64,000 bases of DNA from a virus (lineage: Duplodnaviria; Heunggongvirae; Uroviricota; Caudoviricetes). The DNA is taken from the IMG/VR virus record IMGVR_UViG_3300043399_000676. The stretch is one strand, 5' to 3'. Shown one piece after another: positions 46,571 to 56,227 of this stretch; positions within the stretch are counted from its first letter, which is position 1, and the number at the start of each line of letters is the position of its first letter. Made by a program: the position numbers and the translations under genes. Under the pieces are notes generated by a model. It saw nothing but the letters and a program-made list of their open reading frames with translations. It was not told the origin of the DNA and ran no database searches.

Positions 46571-49500
46571 ACATGAAAGATATGCTAGAAAAATTAAGCC
46601 AACTAAACGAGGCTGACAGCGAAACTACAGGAAAGTTTGATGCCAAAAAGACAAGTACTGGTACAAGGTACACTAGAAAATCATCCACTTTTTCAGATGA
46701 AGAGGGTGATGATAAAGATACGGCTAAAACAACCAAGAAGAAAGCAGGTAGACCGCCCAAAGGTGCTTCTAAAGACGGAAAAGAACCTTATGCAAACGCA
46801 GCTACTCTGCAACGTTATATAGTTGGGTCAAATCCGGATAGTAAGGAACTAAAAAGTTTACCTAGTAAAGTACACTCAACCAAAGAGCCTAAAAAATCTA
46901 AGGATGCTCCTGAAAAGAAAAAAGCTGGAGCGAAGGCTACTAAAGCGACTAAGACATCCAAGACCGCCAAGGCAAAGAAACTTGCAGATTGGGTAACTCA
47001 TATAGATAAGCAACTTAGAAGTCATCGACTATTAAGTGAAGATCCTTCTCCCTATACATTAAAACAAGTTCCTACTGGTCAACTTGTTGATAAAAATCAA
47101 AAAGTAATAGCGACAGGTGATACGCAGACTCTTGCCAGAATCAATCAAGATCAGGCTAACAATAAAGTAACTTTTACACCTGCCAATCAGACCAATGAAG
47201 ATATGGGTTCAGATCAAGAAATGGGTCAATTGGCGATGCAGATTGCTAGCCTTGCAAGGCAGGCTCGAACAGAGGACTCCTATCTAACCGCAGAAATAGG
47301 GCAGGCAGAATATGAAGCAAGACTAACCGGACGAGAACTGTCTCCTGAATTACAACAAAAGTTCTCTCGCCAACACGCAGAACTCATGAGGACTGAAGAA
47401 GAACTAGATGCTGCAATAGCTGAATTCAAAAGGCGTTACCCAGGTGTGAATTGGGGCAAGGCTTCCTCGGACGCATCTGAAAATTATAGAACTGCAAAAC
47501 GAAATAAAGGACTCCTAACCAAGGCAAGAAGACTAATTGGAATGCATGAAAGTGCCGATTCAGCCTTTAGTGTGATTGATAAAGCATTAAGACAAACTGG
47601 TGAATTTGAGGCAATTGGGGTACATGGTTTAGATATGATCTTGGATTACGCAGAAAGTAAGAATCTAGGTGATTATGAGAGAGTACCTGGTTCTGGTGGA
47701 GAATTTACAATCGAATTCCCCGATAGTCCCGATTACTACATCTATAAACCTGCCGGTCACAAAATAGTTACGTTAGTTTACACTGGTAAAAAAGAGAGTA
47801 GGATGTATGAAGGTAAAAAGGCAGTAAGCAAGAAACAACAAGAGTTTATGGGAATGGTTCATGCCGCTCAGAAGGGCAAAAAGCCTGCATCAAAGAAAGT
47901 AGGTGACGTTGCTAAATCAATGAAGAAAGGTGATGTTGAGGACTTTGCTAGCACTAAGCACAAAGGCTTACCTGAGAAAAAGAACACTAAAAAGTCTGAA
48001 CAAATCAACGAACTTTCTTGGGGTACAGCGCAGAGTGCTCGCAAAAAGTCAGACCAAAGATTAAGAGATTATATAACTGCCCATCATGGTGATCAAACAA
48101 AAAAAACCAGAATCTCTGGTAACCATTATGGTGATGGGTATTCGACTCCAGACCAAGTGATAGATAATCCTGGATATGAAAACTGGAAAGCTGGAGTAGA
48201 CCAAGATCCTTTTGTAATCTCCCAACGTAAAAGGTCAAAAAGATTTAGTGACTATTCCGATAAACAGTGGCCTAAGGAAGAAGCAAGAAGAAAAGCGTTA
48301 AGACTTTACGACAATCTTAAAAGTTCTGGATATAGTGATGTTCAAATAAGAAAAGCATTAGGAAAAGATATCGCTCTTATTCCTGAGAAATTTCCGAAGA
48401 AATCTGTAACACCTGAATTAAATGAAAGCTTTGACAGACTGAAAGCAGCAAAGTATAGAGGAATATCACACGCAATGGAGGGACATGGATATTCAAGACC
48501 CGACGATCTTGAAGAAGCCCGCGCTTATCATGAAGGCTACAAAGAAGGATTGGATAATTGCAATGATGATGTCTTAATGGGAGAAGGTAACGCATTCACT
48601 GGTGCGTTAGCTAGAACAAGAAAAGGTGATTCTTTTTCAGTAGGCGGAAATAGATTTACTGATAGAAGTAGCTATGATGCTGACATCGATGAAGATGCCT
48701 ATGATGCATACTCTGATCCGGATTTTCCAGCATACAAGAGACCTGGTCGTCAACCACTTTCTTTGGATAATTTAGACGTAAATAGAGGCCCAGGCCCAGG
48801 CCTAATGACACATTCCCCAGAGCGCCCAACCGTTCACAGAATTCATGGTGAATTAGGGCCTCGTGGTAACCGTGCGACATTAGATACGTTCCGTGAACCT
48901 AAACCAGGTATCATGAGTGACTTACGCAATTTAATACCAGAGGATGATGATCCATTTGGGTTTGGTAAACCAGGTGATGCTCAATTTGAAAGCTGGGATC
49001 GTGAACTAAACAATCTTCTAAATGAAGGACTAACTGTTTCGTTCAATTCAGGACAAGAAAATACTCCTGATAGTGTAAGCATCAATGCAACTGAAGAAGA
49101 TGCAGGTGAAATGTTAGCACTACTGAAAAATTCAGGTTTAGGAGTGTTTGGTGGTTCTGAAGAAGGTGCAAGTGATTCTGAAGAAGGCGATCACACTGGG
49201 GATGCAGGAATGCTTTTAAGCGTTAATGCAGATGACGACGGACTAGGACAAGGTTCAGAAGCATCTCCATCTCCTGATGTAGTTGATGATGCTGATGACA
49301 TGCTTTCTCTAATCAAACGAATGGCAGGTGGTGATACTGAAGAAACTGAAATAGATTCCTCAGAGGAATCAGACGAAGAAGCCGAAGAGCATGATGAAGA
49401 ATCAGATGACTCCGAAGAGCATGATGAAGAATCAGATGACTCCGAAGATGATGAAGAAAAAGTTGATGAAGGAAATGCTACTTGCAATGAATGCGGATTG

Positions 49501-49707
49501 ACTGAGACAGAATGTCAATGCGATTCGGAGCAAGTTGAAGAAGCGTTCGATAATGAAGTCGATTCTCAAACAATGGATTCAGGTTATGTTGATCAATTGG
49601 CTGGTGGTATAAATGGGCCAGCAAGACAGCATCCACATGGATATCAAAACGGAGATAATCCTCTCGCTATGGAAGCAATGTTAAAACTTGCAGGATTGAG
49701 AAAGTAA
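46567..49707 (+). CDS. 1046-aa modular, low-complexity probable internal head protein
   Basis: Alternating basic and acidic modules separated by xxE|[AGDS] motifs; C-terminal MLKLAGL. Confidence 0.6.
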   Translation: MNMKDMLEKLSQLNEADSETTGKFDAKKTSTGTRYTRKSSTFSDEEGDDKDTAKTTKKKAGRPPKGASKDGKEPYANAATLQRYIVGSNPDSKELKSLPSKVHSTKEPKKSKDAPEKKKAGAKATKATKTSKTAKAKKLADWVTHIDKQLRSHRLLSEDPSPYTLKQVPTGQLVDKNQKVIATGDTQTLARINQDQANNKVTFTPANQTNEDMGSDQEMGQLAMQIASLARQARTEDSYLTAEIGQAEYEARLTGRELSPELQQKFSRQHAELMRTEEELDAAIAEFKRRYPGVNWGKASSDASENYRTAKRNKGLLTKARRLIGMHESADSAFSVIDKALRQTGEFEAIGVHGLDMILDYAESKNLGDYERVPGSGGEFTIEFPDSPDYYIYKPAGHKIVTLVYTGKKESRMYEGKKAVSKKQQEFMGMVHAAQKGKKPASKKVGDVAKSMKKGDVEDFASTKHKGLPEKKNTKKSEQINELSWGTAQSARKKSDQRLRDYITAHHGDQTKKTRISGNHYGDGYSTPDQVIDNPGYENWKAGVDQDPFVISQRKRSKRFSDYSDKQWPKEEARRKALRLYDNLKSSGYSDVQIRKALGKDIALIPEKFPKKSVTPELNESFDRLKAAKYRGISHAMEGHGYSRPDDLEEARAYHEGYKEGLDNCNDDVLMGEGNAFTGALARTRKGDSFSVGGNRFTDRSSYDADIDEDAYDAYSDPDFPAYKRPGRQPLSLDNLDVNRGPGPGLMTHSPERPTVHRIHGELGPRGNRATLDTFREPKPGIMSDLRNLIPEDDDPFGFGKPGDAQFESWDRELNNLLNEGLTVSFNSGQENTPDSVSINATEEDAGEMLALLKNSGLGVFGGSEEGASDSEEGDHTGDAGMLLSVNADDDGLGQGSEASPSPDVVDDADDMLSLIKRMAGGDTEETEIDSSEESDEEAEEHDEESDDSEEHDEESDDSEDDEEKVDEGNATCNECGLTETECQCDSEQVEEAFDNEVDSQTMDSGYVDQLAGGINGPARQHPHGYQNGDNPLAMEAMLKLAGLRK
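49382..49457 (+). repeat. 30-bp tandem repeat x2.5 encoding EEHDEESDDS
   Basis: CCGAAGAGCATGATGAAGAATCAGATGACT at 49382 and 49412. Confidence 0.93.
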
Positions 49708-49724
49708 CAACATTTTCTTAACTT

Positions 49725-49757
49725 AAAATAGCTCGGGTAACACCGAGCTATTTTTTT
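49725..49757 (+). terminator. Intrinsic terminator
   Basis: AAAATAGCTCGG-gtaaca-CCGAGCTATTTTTTT. Confidence 0.9.
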
Positions 49758-49797
49758 GGCTAACTATCGAATAAATATATGATAAGGGCTAACAGCA

Positions 49798-50493
49798 ATG
49801 GCAAAGAAAATTATAAACTACGGTGACGCACCAAATGCAGCAGGGGCAGATTCTTTATATACTGCATTCCAAAAAACTAAAGACAATTTTGATGAGTTAT
49901 ATTCTGCAATATCAGTTAATACAGCAATTACTAATATTGTTGCAGGCGAAGGTTTAACACAAAACGGAACTACTGGAAACGTAGTTATAACAGCGAATAT
50001 CCCTCAGGTAGAGATTCAATCTACTTCCTTGATAATGGGTTTAAACAACAATCTTGCAGGAAATAACAACGTCACTATTACAAATAGTGACGCTCCTTTA
50101 GTTATTGATATTGATCCTGATATTGTTGCTGATTCTATTAATGTAGATACCGCAAATATAGGTGCAAATTTAAGTGTGTCAGGATGGATTACAATGTCCG
50201 CCGCTCAAACAGTTACTGCAACTGGAACAAATCAAGCGACTGCTTTTGACATTGGATCATCGTTGAATGTAGTCACATCTGCAAATGCAGGCACAGGATT
50301 AAAGTTACCAAGTACAGTTCCTGCAGGAACTTCAGTTTATATTGTGAATCAAAGCGCGAATACAATAAGTGTCTATCCCCCACTGACAGGCACTATTAAC
50401 ACTGGTATTGCGAATGCGGCTGTTACCCTTGCATCAAATAATACTATGGTAGTTGTTAAAGCAACTACTGCAAATAAATGGTATACTTTCTAA
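49798..50493 (+). CDS. Baseplate/fibre protein with a T4 gp9/gp10-like N-terminus
   Basis: INYGDAPN..GADSL..AF.K...NF.ELY motif; late box at 49772-49777. Confidence 0.68.
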   Translation: MAKKIINYGDAPNAAGADSLYTAFQKTKDNFDELYSAISVNTAITNIVAGEGLTQNGTTGNVVITANIPQVEIQSTSLIMGLNNNLAGNNNVTITNSDAPLVIDIDPDIVADSINVDTANIGANLSVSGWITMSAAQTVTATGTNQATAFDIGSSLNVVTSANAGTGLKLPSTVPAGTSVYIVNQSANTISVYPPLTGTINTGIANAAVTLASNNTMVVVKATTANKWYTF

Positions 50494-50503
50494 GGAGTAG
50501 ATT

Positions 50504-51127
50504 ATGGAAATAACTTTGAAGTTACTCAAGGCTCTATGCCCGAGTACAAATAACGAAAAGTTGCAAAGGTATTGTGAGCCACTGAATGAAGTAGTTCGTT
50601 ACTATGAGATTGATCAAACTCCTGAAAGATGTGCTGGGTTTTTAGCACAAATCGCACACGAATCAGGCGGATTCAACTTGGTTGTAGAAAATCTTAATTA
50701 CAATGCTGCGGGTTTGATGAGAGTATTTAGAAAGTATTTTCCATCTGAAGCATTAGCTAAGACCTACGAACGAAAACCAGAAAAAATAGCAAACAAAGTT
50801 TATGCAAACAGAATGGGCAATGGCTCAGAAGAATCAGGTGATGGTTGGAGATATAGGGGAAGAGGTCTCATCCAACTAACTGGAAAAAATAACTATGCTG
50901 CATTCGCCAATGGGCTAGGTATAAGCCTACAAGAATGCGTAGCTTATATGGAAACTCCAGAAGGTGCATGTGCAAGTGCAGGATGGTTTTGGGATACTAA
51001 CAAGTTGAATAATTACTGTGACAAGGGAGACTTTGTTGGACTAACTAAACGAATTAACGGCGGTACAAATGGGTTAGCAGATAGGCAACACCATTATTCG
51101 CTTGCGTTAAGTTTATTGAAGGATTAA
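50504..51127 (+). CDS. Glycoside hydrolase family 19 endolysin
   Basis: FLAQIAHESG, YRGRGLIQLTGKNNY, SAGWFW and INGGTNGL motifs. Confidence 0.93.
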   Translation: MEITLKLLKALCPSTNNEKLQRYCEPLNEVVRYYEIDQTPERCAGFLAQIAHESGGFNLVVENLNYNAAGLMRVFRKYFPSEALAKTYERKPEKIANKVYANRMGNGSEESGDGWRYRGRGLIQLTGKNNYAAFANGLGISLQECVAYMETPEGACASAGWFWDTNKLNNYCDKGDFVGLTKRINGGTNGLADRQHHYSLALSLLKD

Positions 51128-51128
51128 T

Positions 51129-53684
51129 ATGAATCAACCAAAATGGATTACACCTGCAGGAAGCTTAGGAACATATCCTTCTGGTAGTGAGTTTTTGTTT
51201 CAAATGAACGCAGTGCCTGTATTCCCCGCAACATTTGTAACATACAAACTGTTGAGCGGTCAACTCCCTAGTGGTATTAAGATTGACAAGAATGGAAAAA
51301 TATTCGGTTCTACTACATTGACTGGGTTGACCACACGTTATGATTTTACGATTAGAGTGACTGATAACTTAGGTACTATAAGAGATAGAAGTTTCTTTAT
51401 AGAAATAGCAGGCGTTGAGATTCCAAAATTTTTAACAGAAGAAGGCGAAATATTCACTGTATATGATAGCATTTGGGTAGAAAAACAAATAGAGTTTACT
51501 AACCCAACTGACAGCAATGTTAAGATTTATTTGCTTAATGGAAAACTTCCACCAGGCTTAGAGATCAATTCTAATGGGTTAATAAGAGGATATCCGTTAG
51601 CCCCAGTAGATCCTATTAGTGGAGCTCCGACCTCCGTTACATATGATTTTATTCTAGTTTTGTTGAGTGATTTAGGAAGAGCTACAGCAAGATACTCAAT
51701 TACTGTAAGAAACTTTACATTATTCTTTTCTAACGCAAATAGAAAACCAGCAATATTAAACGCTAAACCACTTAGTTTTACTATTCCTAGAGACGATCCA
51801 TACTTCAGCTACTATGCGATTGGCAGCGACAACTTCTTAGGTGAAATAACGAGCGGGGATGAATTTCAATTTAAGGTTATTGGATACGACTTTGACAATC
51901 AACCTATAACATATCAGTTCATAAACTTACCGCCTCAGTTAAACGGAGACCCATTTACAGGTTGGATTACAGGTACACCTGCTACGAATGAAAAGGGCAT
52001 AAACAGGTTTTCTTTCTCAGTAAAAGCACTCAAGCCAATGAAACCGGTAGTAACATTTAATTACTTAAATGATACCTCTGTGCTAGTAGCACCCAATGTT
52101 CAGCCATTGCCTAACAACAAAGCAAGATTCAATGCAGAAGATTTGTCACAGGCTACTCAACTGTATTTGAAAAACATTGACAATGAAATAATTTCTATAG
52201 ATCCGCCCATATACGGAAGAAGTATAACAGGGATAATGAATCTAATCTACGGAAAAATTAACTATATAAAAGTTTCTCTAAATTCAGACGTAAACCATTA
52301 TGTTTTGTTTGAAGTAATGGGAAGTATTCAACCAAACGCATCTTGGTTTACAGTTCCAATACGATACGTTTATGGTTCAACAACTTTTTCTTCAGATGCA
52401 AATATCAATGTTGCGTTAGGTGAAAACATAGTCAGTAGTACAGAATCCTTCTACTTCAATATAACAAACGATATTCAGCCGTCTGTTACTTGGATAACAG
52501 AATCAGATTTGGGTGTTATTTCAAATGGTACACTAAGCACGTTATATGTACAAGCAGCATCTTCAGAACCTTTAGTGTACAGAATGGCGGCAAATCCAAA
52601 TGGTACAAACAGTGCTTTGCCGCCTAACTTATTTTTGCTTCCATCAGGAGAGATATACGGCAAAGTTGCATTTCAACCAAATAATTCTCCTATGAGTTTA
52701 GGAGATACAACGACATATACGTTTACGATAGAAGCCTATTCAGAAGAATATCCATTGCTTGCCTCTAAGAAAACATTTAATTTGACTGTGAGCCAAGATA
52801 TCGAAAGCCCGGTCGATACTATCTATTTTAAAGCATCCCCTAATTTAGAAGATAGAGCGATTCTTTCTTCTCTATTAGACACTGAGGATATTATACCTAC
52901 TTCTTACTTGTATAGACCAACTGATATCTACTTTGGAAAATCAAGAGAAGTAATTTATCCATTTGCATACGGGATGACAGCATCTTCAGTTGAAGACTAT
53001 ATTCGATCAGTAGACAGGAATCATTACAAAAAAAGTGTGACATTAGGAGAGCTAAGAACTGCACAAGCAAGGGATGAGAACAACAATGTTATCTATGAGG
53101 TTGTTTATAGTGTGATAATTGATGATCAAGTGAACAACGCAGGAAAAAGTATAAGCCAAAGTATTTTGTGGCCTACATTAATTTATAGCAGTAGTCCTTG
53201 GTTTACTAGTACCACCAACATATACACTAGCTATGAAAACACAGTTGATCAAAAGTATTATACTTCTTTGACATCAAACACGACCAGAAGATTGTATCCC
53301 AATAGTTTTGATAATATGTTGGAGCAAGTAAAAACTTATATCCCGCAAAACTCAAGCAGTAAGCTACTTCCGTTATGGATGACTAGTCAGCAAGAAAACG
53401 GAAGTACACTTGGATTTGTCAAAGCATGGGTAATTTGTTATACGAAGCCTGGATTTGCCGCTCAGATAAAGAACAACATTGAAACGCAGTGGCAGTATAA
53501 ATTAAATCAAATAAACTTTGAAATAGACAGGTATACGATTGACAAGAGCAGCACATACAACTATGATACTGACCTTTATTTCCCAACGTGGACCGAAATC
53601 CCAAGTGCATCTCCTGTCCCTGATCCATTGAACAGTACTGATCAATATGTGCTATTCCCAAGACAAACAATTTTGCCAAACTGA
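51129..53684 (+). CDS. Large baseplate-associated protein with putative Ig-like repeats
   Basis: Repeated L.SG.LP.G..I...G.I.G.P motifs. Confidence 0.62.
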   Translation: MNQPKWITPAGSLGTYPSGSEFLFQMNAVPVFPATFVTYKLLSGQLPSGIKIDKNGKIFGSTTLTGLTTRYDFTIRVTDNLGTIRDRSFFIEIAGVEIPKFLTEEGEIFTVYDSIWVEKQIEFTNPTDSNVKIYLLNGKLPPGLEINSNGLIRGYPLAPVDPISGAPTSVTYDFILVLLSDLGRATARYSITVRNFTLFFSNANRKPAILNAKPLSFTIPRDDPYFSYYAIGSDNFLGEITSGDEFQFKVIGYDFDNQPITYQFINLPPQLNGDPFTGWITGTPATNEKGINRFSFSVKALKPMKPVVTFNYLNDTSVLVAPNVQPLPNNKARFNAEDLSQATQLYLKNIDNEIISIDPPIYGRSITGIMNLIYGKINYIKVSLNSDVNHYVLFEVMGSIQPNASWFTVPIRYVYGSTTFSSDANINVALGENIVSSTESFYFNITNDIQPSVTWITESDLGVISNGTLSTLYVQAASSEPLVYRMAANPNGTNSALPPNLFLLPSGEIYGKVAFQPNNSPMSLGDTTTYTFTIEAYSEEYPLLASKKTFNLTVSQDIESPVDTIYFKASPNLEDRAILSSLLDTEDIIPTSYLYRPTDIYFGKSREVIYPFAYGMTASSVEDYIRSVDRNHYKKSVTLGELRTAQARDENNNVIYEVVYSVIIDDQVNNAGKSISQSILWPTLIYSSSPWFTSTTNIYTSYENTVDQKYYTSLTSNTTRRLYPNSFDNMLEQVKTYIPQNSSSKLLPLWMTSQQENGSTLGFVKAWVICYTKPGFAAQIKNNIETQWQYKLNQINFEIDRYTIDKSSTYNYDTDLYFPTWTEIPSASPVPDPLNSTDQYVLFPRQTILPN

Positions 53685-53716
53685 CACACAATAAATACGC
53701 TATAGGGTTAAAATAA

Positions 53717-54700
53717 ATGAGTTCAATCAATACAAACGGAATCAATCCTAACTATCCTGTACCAGGAGTCAATAACTCCTCTCAGGGTTTTAGAGATAAC
53801 TTCACCTCCATAAAAACTAACTTGGATACTGCATACACAGAGATTACGGATATCCAAACTAAAGCTATAGTCAAATCTCCGCTAGCTGGTATCCCAATTA
53901 ACAATGATATGGGAAACACTTTAATAAGTAATGCTCTAGTAAAAGGTTTTAGAGCTACTACTTATAACTTAGGCAACTCTATCTCAGGCATCACGACAAT
54001 TGATCTTTCAAAAGGTGACGTTCAGTATGGAACAATAGCAGGAAATAGTTCGGTAAACTTACAATTTATAAACTGGGCACCTGCGGGAACACAAAGTAAT
54101 GTTCAAGTATACTTGACAGCAGTTGATGCTAACACGTTCATCAACTTACCAAATAGTATAGGTTCAAGTGTTGATTCTTCTGCAAATTTTATCGAAAACT
54201 ATTATGTTTCTGGTAGTAATAAAGTACTATCCTTTGCGTCAGGTGCAGAAGAGGTAAAGCTTAGATTTAGTACTATTGATTGCGGTAAGACAATTACTAT
54301 TGAACCAATCAACAAACCAAAAGTTGAAAAACATTTTGATATCCCTACTGTCGCTAATGTAGTACTAACTGGCAATATCACTAAGAGTTCAGGTAGTAAT
54401 TTAGTTAGTGGCTCTGGAACTCAATTTACTACACAGTTAGCACCAGGCACTACATTAATAGACTCGGCTAATGTGTTTGTGGGAATAGTAGATGTAATCG
54501 CAAATAATGTTTCATTGACATTACAAACAAGCACTTCCGCAATAGTATCAGGCGCTGCATATGGAAAACAAGTTCCAATCGGTGACCCTTCTGACAAACC
54601 GGGTCACATTAAAGTAAGTACTGACTATTTGTATGCATGTTTTGATGACTATGATGGATCTTCTCCTATATGGAAACGAATTCCCTTAGATAGGTATTAA
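53717..54700 (+). CDS. Virion structural (baseplate/fibre) protein
   Basis: Late box at 53692-53697; YPVPGVNNSSQGFRDNF N-terminus; beta-rich. Confidence 0.58.
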   Translation: MSSINTNGINPNYPVPGVNNSSQGFRDNFTSIKTNLDTAYTEITDIQTKAIVKSPLAGIPINNDMGNTLISNALVKGFRATTYNLGNSISGITTIDLSKGDVQYGTIAGNSSVNLQFINWAPAGTQSNVQVYLTAVDANTFINLPNSIGSSVDSSANFIENYYVSGSNKVLSFASGAEEVKLRFSTIDCGKTITIEPINKPKVEKHFDIPTVANVVLTGNITKSSGSNLVSGSGTQFTTQLAPGTTLIDSANVFVGIVDVIANNVSLTLQTSTSAIVSGAAYGKQVPIGDPSDKPGHIKVSTDYLYACFDDYDGSSPIWKRIPLDRY

Positions 54701-54701
54701 A

Positions 54702-54938
54702 ATGATGCAGCATCCATTTATCAATGATCTTTCTGACAAAACGCTTGAGGAACTGCAAACTGCGATTGTAAACTTGACCAGTAAACTTATCTTTGCATCA
54801 AGAATGCAAAACGTAGGATTAGCACAACAGATTCAAATGGTATTGGAAAGCTACAAGTCTGAGTATTACCGAAAGACACAGGAAATGTACAAGAAGCAAA
54901 ATATTGATGGGCACATCAATATTACCAAGAACTCTTGA
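54702..54938 (+). CDS. Small helical hypothetical protein
   Basis: ORF in operon. Confidence 0.68.
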   Translation: MMQHPFINDLSDKTLEELQTAIVNLTSKLIFASRMQNVGLAQQIQMVLESYKSEYYRKTQEMYKKQNIDGHINITKNS

Positions 54939-54963
54939 TTCATGTAATCAAGGCCTATATAAT
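54935..54963 (+). promoter_or_regulatory. Sigma70-type promoter with a palindrome over the -35; probably leaderless
   Basis: TTGATT-N17-TATAAT; CTTGATT-catgt-AATCAAG; the ATG lies 5 nt after the -10. Confidence 0.7.
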
Positions 54964-54968
54964 AAGGT

Positions 54969-55475
54969 ATGAATACCGATATTTATGGTCGACAGATACT
55001 AGACGAGAATGATCTTTGTAGGTTATACCTCAAAGATCCAAATGCTAAGTATGGCACCTTTTTACTCAAAGAACCTATTAAATTTGATGAGGATCTTGAG
55101 CTAGAATGGTTACCTAAACAAAATAAGTATGAGCCAATTGATTGCTCTTTGGAGGAGTTTGATAACTCTGCTCAGAGCAAATGGCTAATGCCAAAAGAAT
55201 ATCAGGAATTGGATATCGCGGAATGGGTATTAGATCAGTGTTCTTCTAATGAAGAACTAAACAGGGCAGGCAAAGAACTAATTTTGTATCAAGAAAGAGA
55301 TTTGTTTCCTATGCTTCAATATATGAAGTATTTGGTTGATACCATGCGTAAGAACAAGATAGTTTGGGGCGTGGGCAGGGGAAGTAGCGTTTCTAGTTTT
55401 GTCCTATTTCTTATTGGAGTTCATAAAATAAACTCGTTACAGTATGGACTAGATGTCCATGAATTTCTTAAATAA
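54969..55475 (+). CDS. dnaE: DnaE-like fragment, N-part (region preceding the palm aspartates)
   Basis: R...EL........Y...V........GVGRGSSVSSFVLFLIGVHKIN...L...EFL corresponds to DnaE GxGRGSxxGSLVxYxLGITxxDP...FERFL. Confidence 0.82.
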   Translation: MNTDIYGRQILDENDLCRLYLKDPNAKYGTFLLKEPIKFDEDLELEWLPKQNKYEPIDCSLEEFDNSAQSKWLMPKEYQELDIAEWVLDQCSSNEELNRAGKELILYQERDLFPMLQYMKYLVDTMRKNKIVWGVGRGSSVSSFVLFLIGVHKINSLQYGLDVHEFLK

Positions 55476-55530
55476 AAAGGTATCCAAATACTTGTTTATT
55501 GTTAAATACTATTTCTATTAGGAGAAACAA

Positions 55531-55851
55531 ATGAGTAAGTATAGAACAGCACAAGGTCGTGTTATTGATATGGGTGCAATGTCAACCAAGCACGAAAAGG
55601 TAAGAGCAGTTGGTAACATGAATGTGAATGCGAGGGGTGACACACTCGATAGTCACAATCGAGTTATCAAGGAAAATACTCAACGAATAAGCAAAACCTA
55701 TAACAAAACAGTACAGCCTTCTTCTCCAAACAGATCACCTATTCCGGTTGCAACAGCAAAAGGCCCAGTCGTTAATACTATCAAACCTATTGAGTTGCGT
55801 CCAGAAGAGCTTGAACTTGAAATGGAAGACGAAGATTTCAAAAAGGAATAA
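55531..55851 (+). CDS. Hypothetical late protein
   Basis: Late box at 55503-55508; AGGAGA RBS. Confidence 0.72.
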   Translation: MSKYRTAQGRVIDMGAMSTKHEKVRAVGNMNVNARGDTLDSHNRVIKENTQRISKTYNKTVQPSSPNRSPIPVATAKGPVVNTIKPIELRPEELELEMEDEDFKKE

Positions 55852-55852
55852 C

Positions 55853-56218
55853 ATGCAAAGCAAGTTAGCATTTGAACCAAATAAGGTTTCTAAACTAAAA
55901 CCACTCCACGATACGATTTTAGTTTGTGATATGTCGTTTGATGAGAGAATCACAAACGGTGGTATTTACTTACTAAGTGATGACATGAAAAGCTCTGGTA
56001 TTCGCCCTAGATGGGCAAAGGTCTATGCGATCGGACCAGAACAACAAGATGTCAAAGTGGGTCAATATATTCTAGTCAATCACGGTAGATGGTCTAGAGG
56101 AATTGATATTGAAAACTCAGAAGGGAAAAAAACTATTAGGAAAGTTGATCCTAAGGATATATTATTAGTTTCTGACAAACCAGTGCATGATGACACTATA
56201 AGTGATAAAGCACTATAA
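55853..56218 (+). CDS. groES: Co-chaperonin GroES-like
   Basis: LKPLHD.ILV, mobile loop T.GGIYL, and V.AIGP..VKVG..IL motifs; AAGGA RBS before 55853. Confidence 0.82.
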   Translation: MQSKLAFEPNKVSKLKPLHDTILVCDMSFDERITNGGIYLLSDDMKSSGIRPRWAKVYAIGPEQQDVKVGQYILVNHGRWSRGIDIENSEGKKTIRKVDPKDILLVSDKPVHDDTISDKAL

Positions 56219-56227
56219 GAGGTACAA

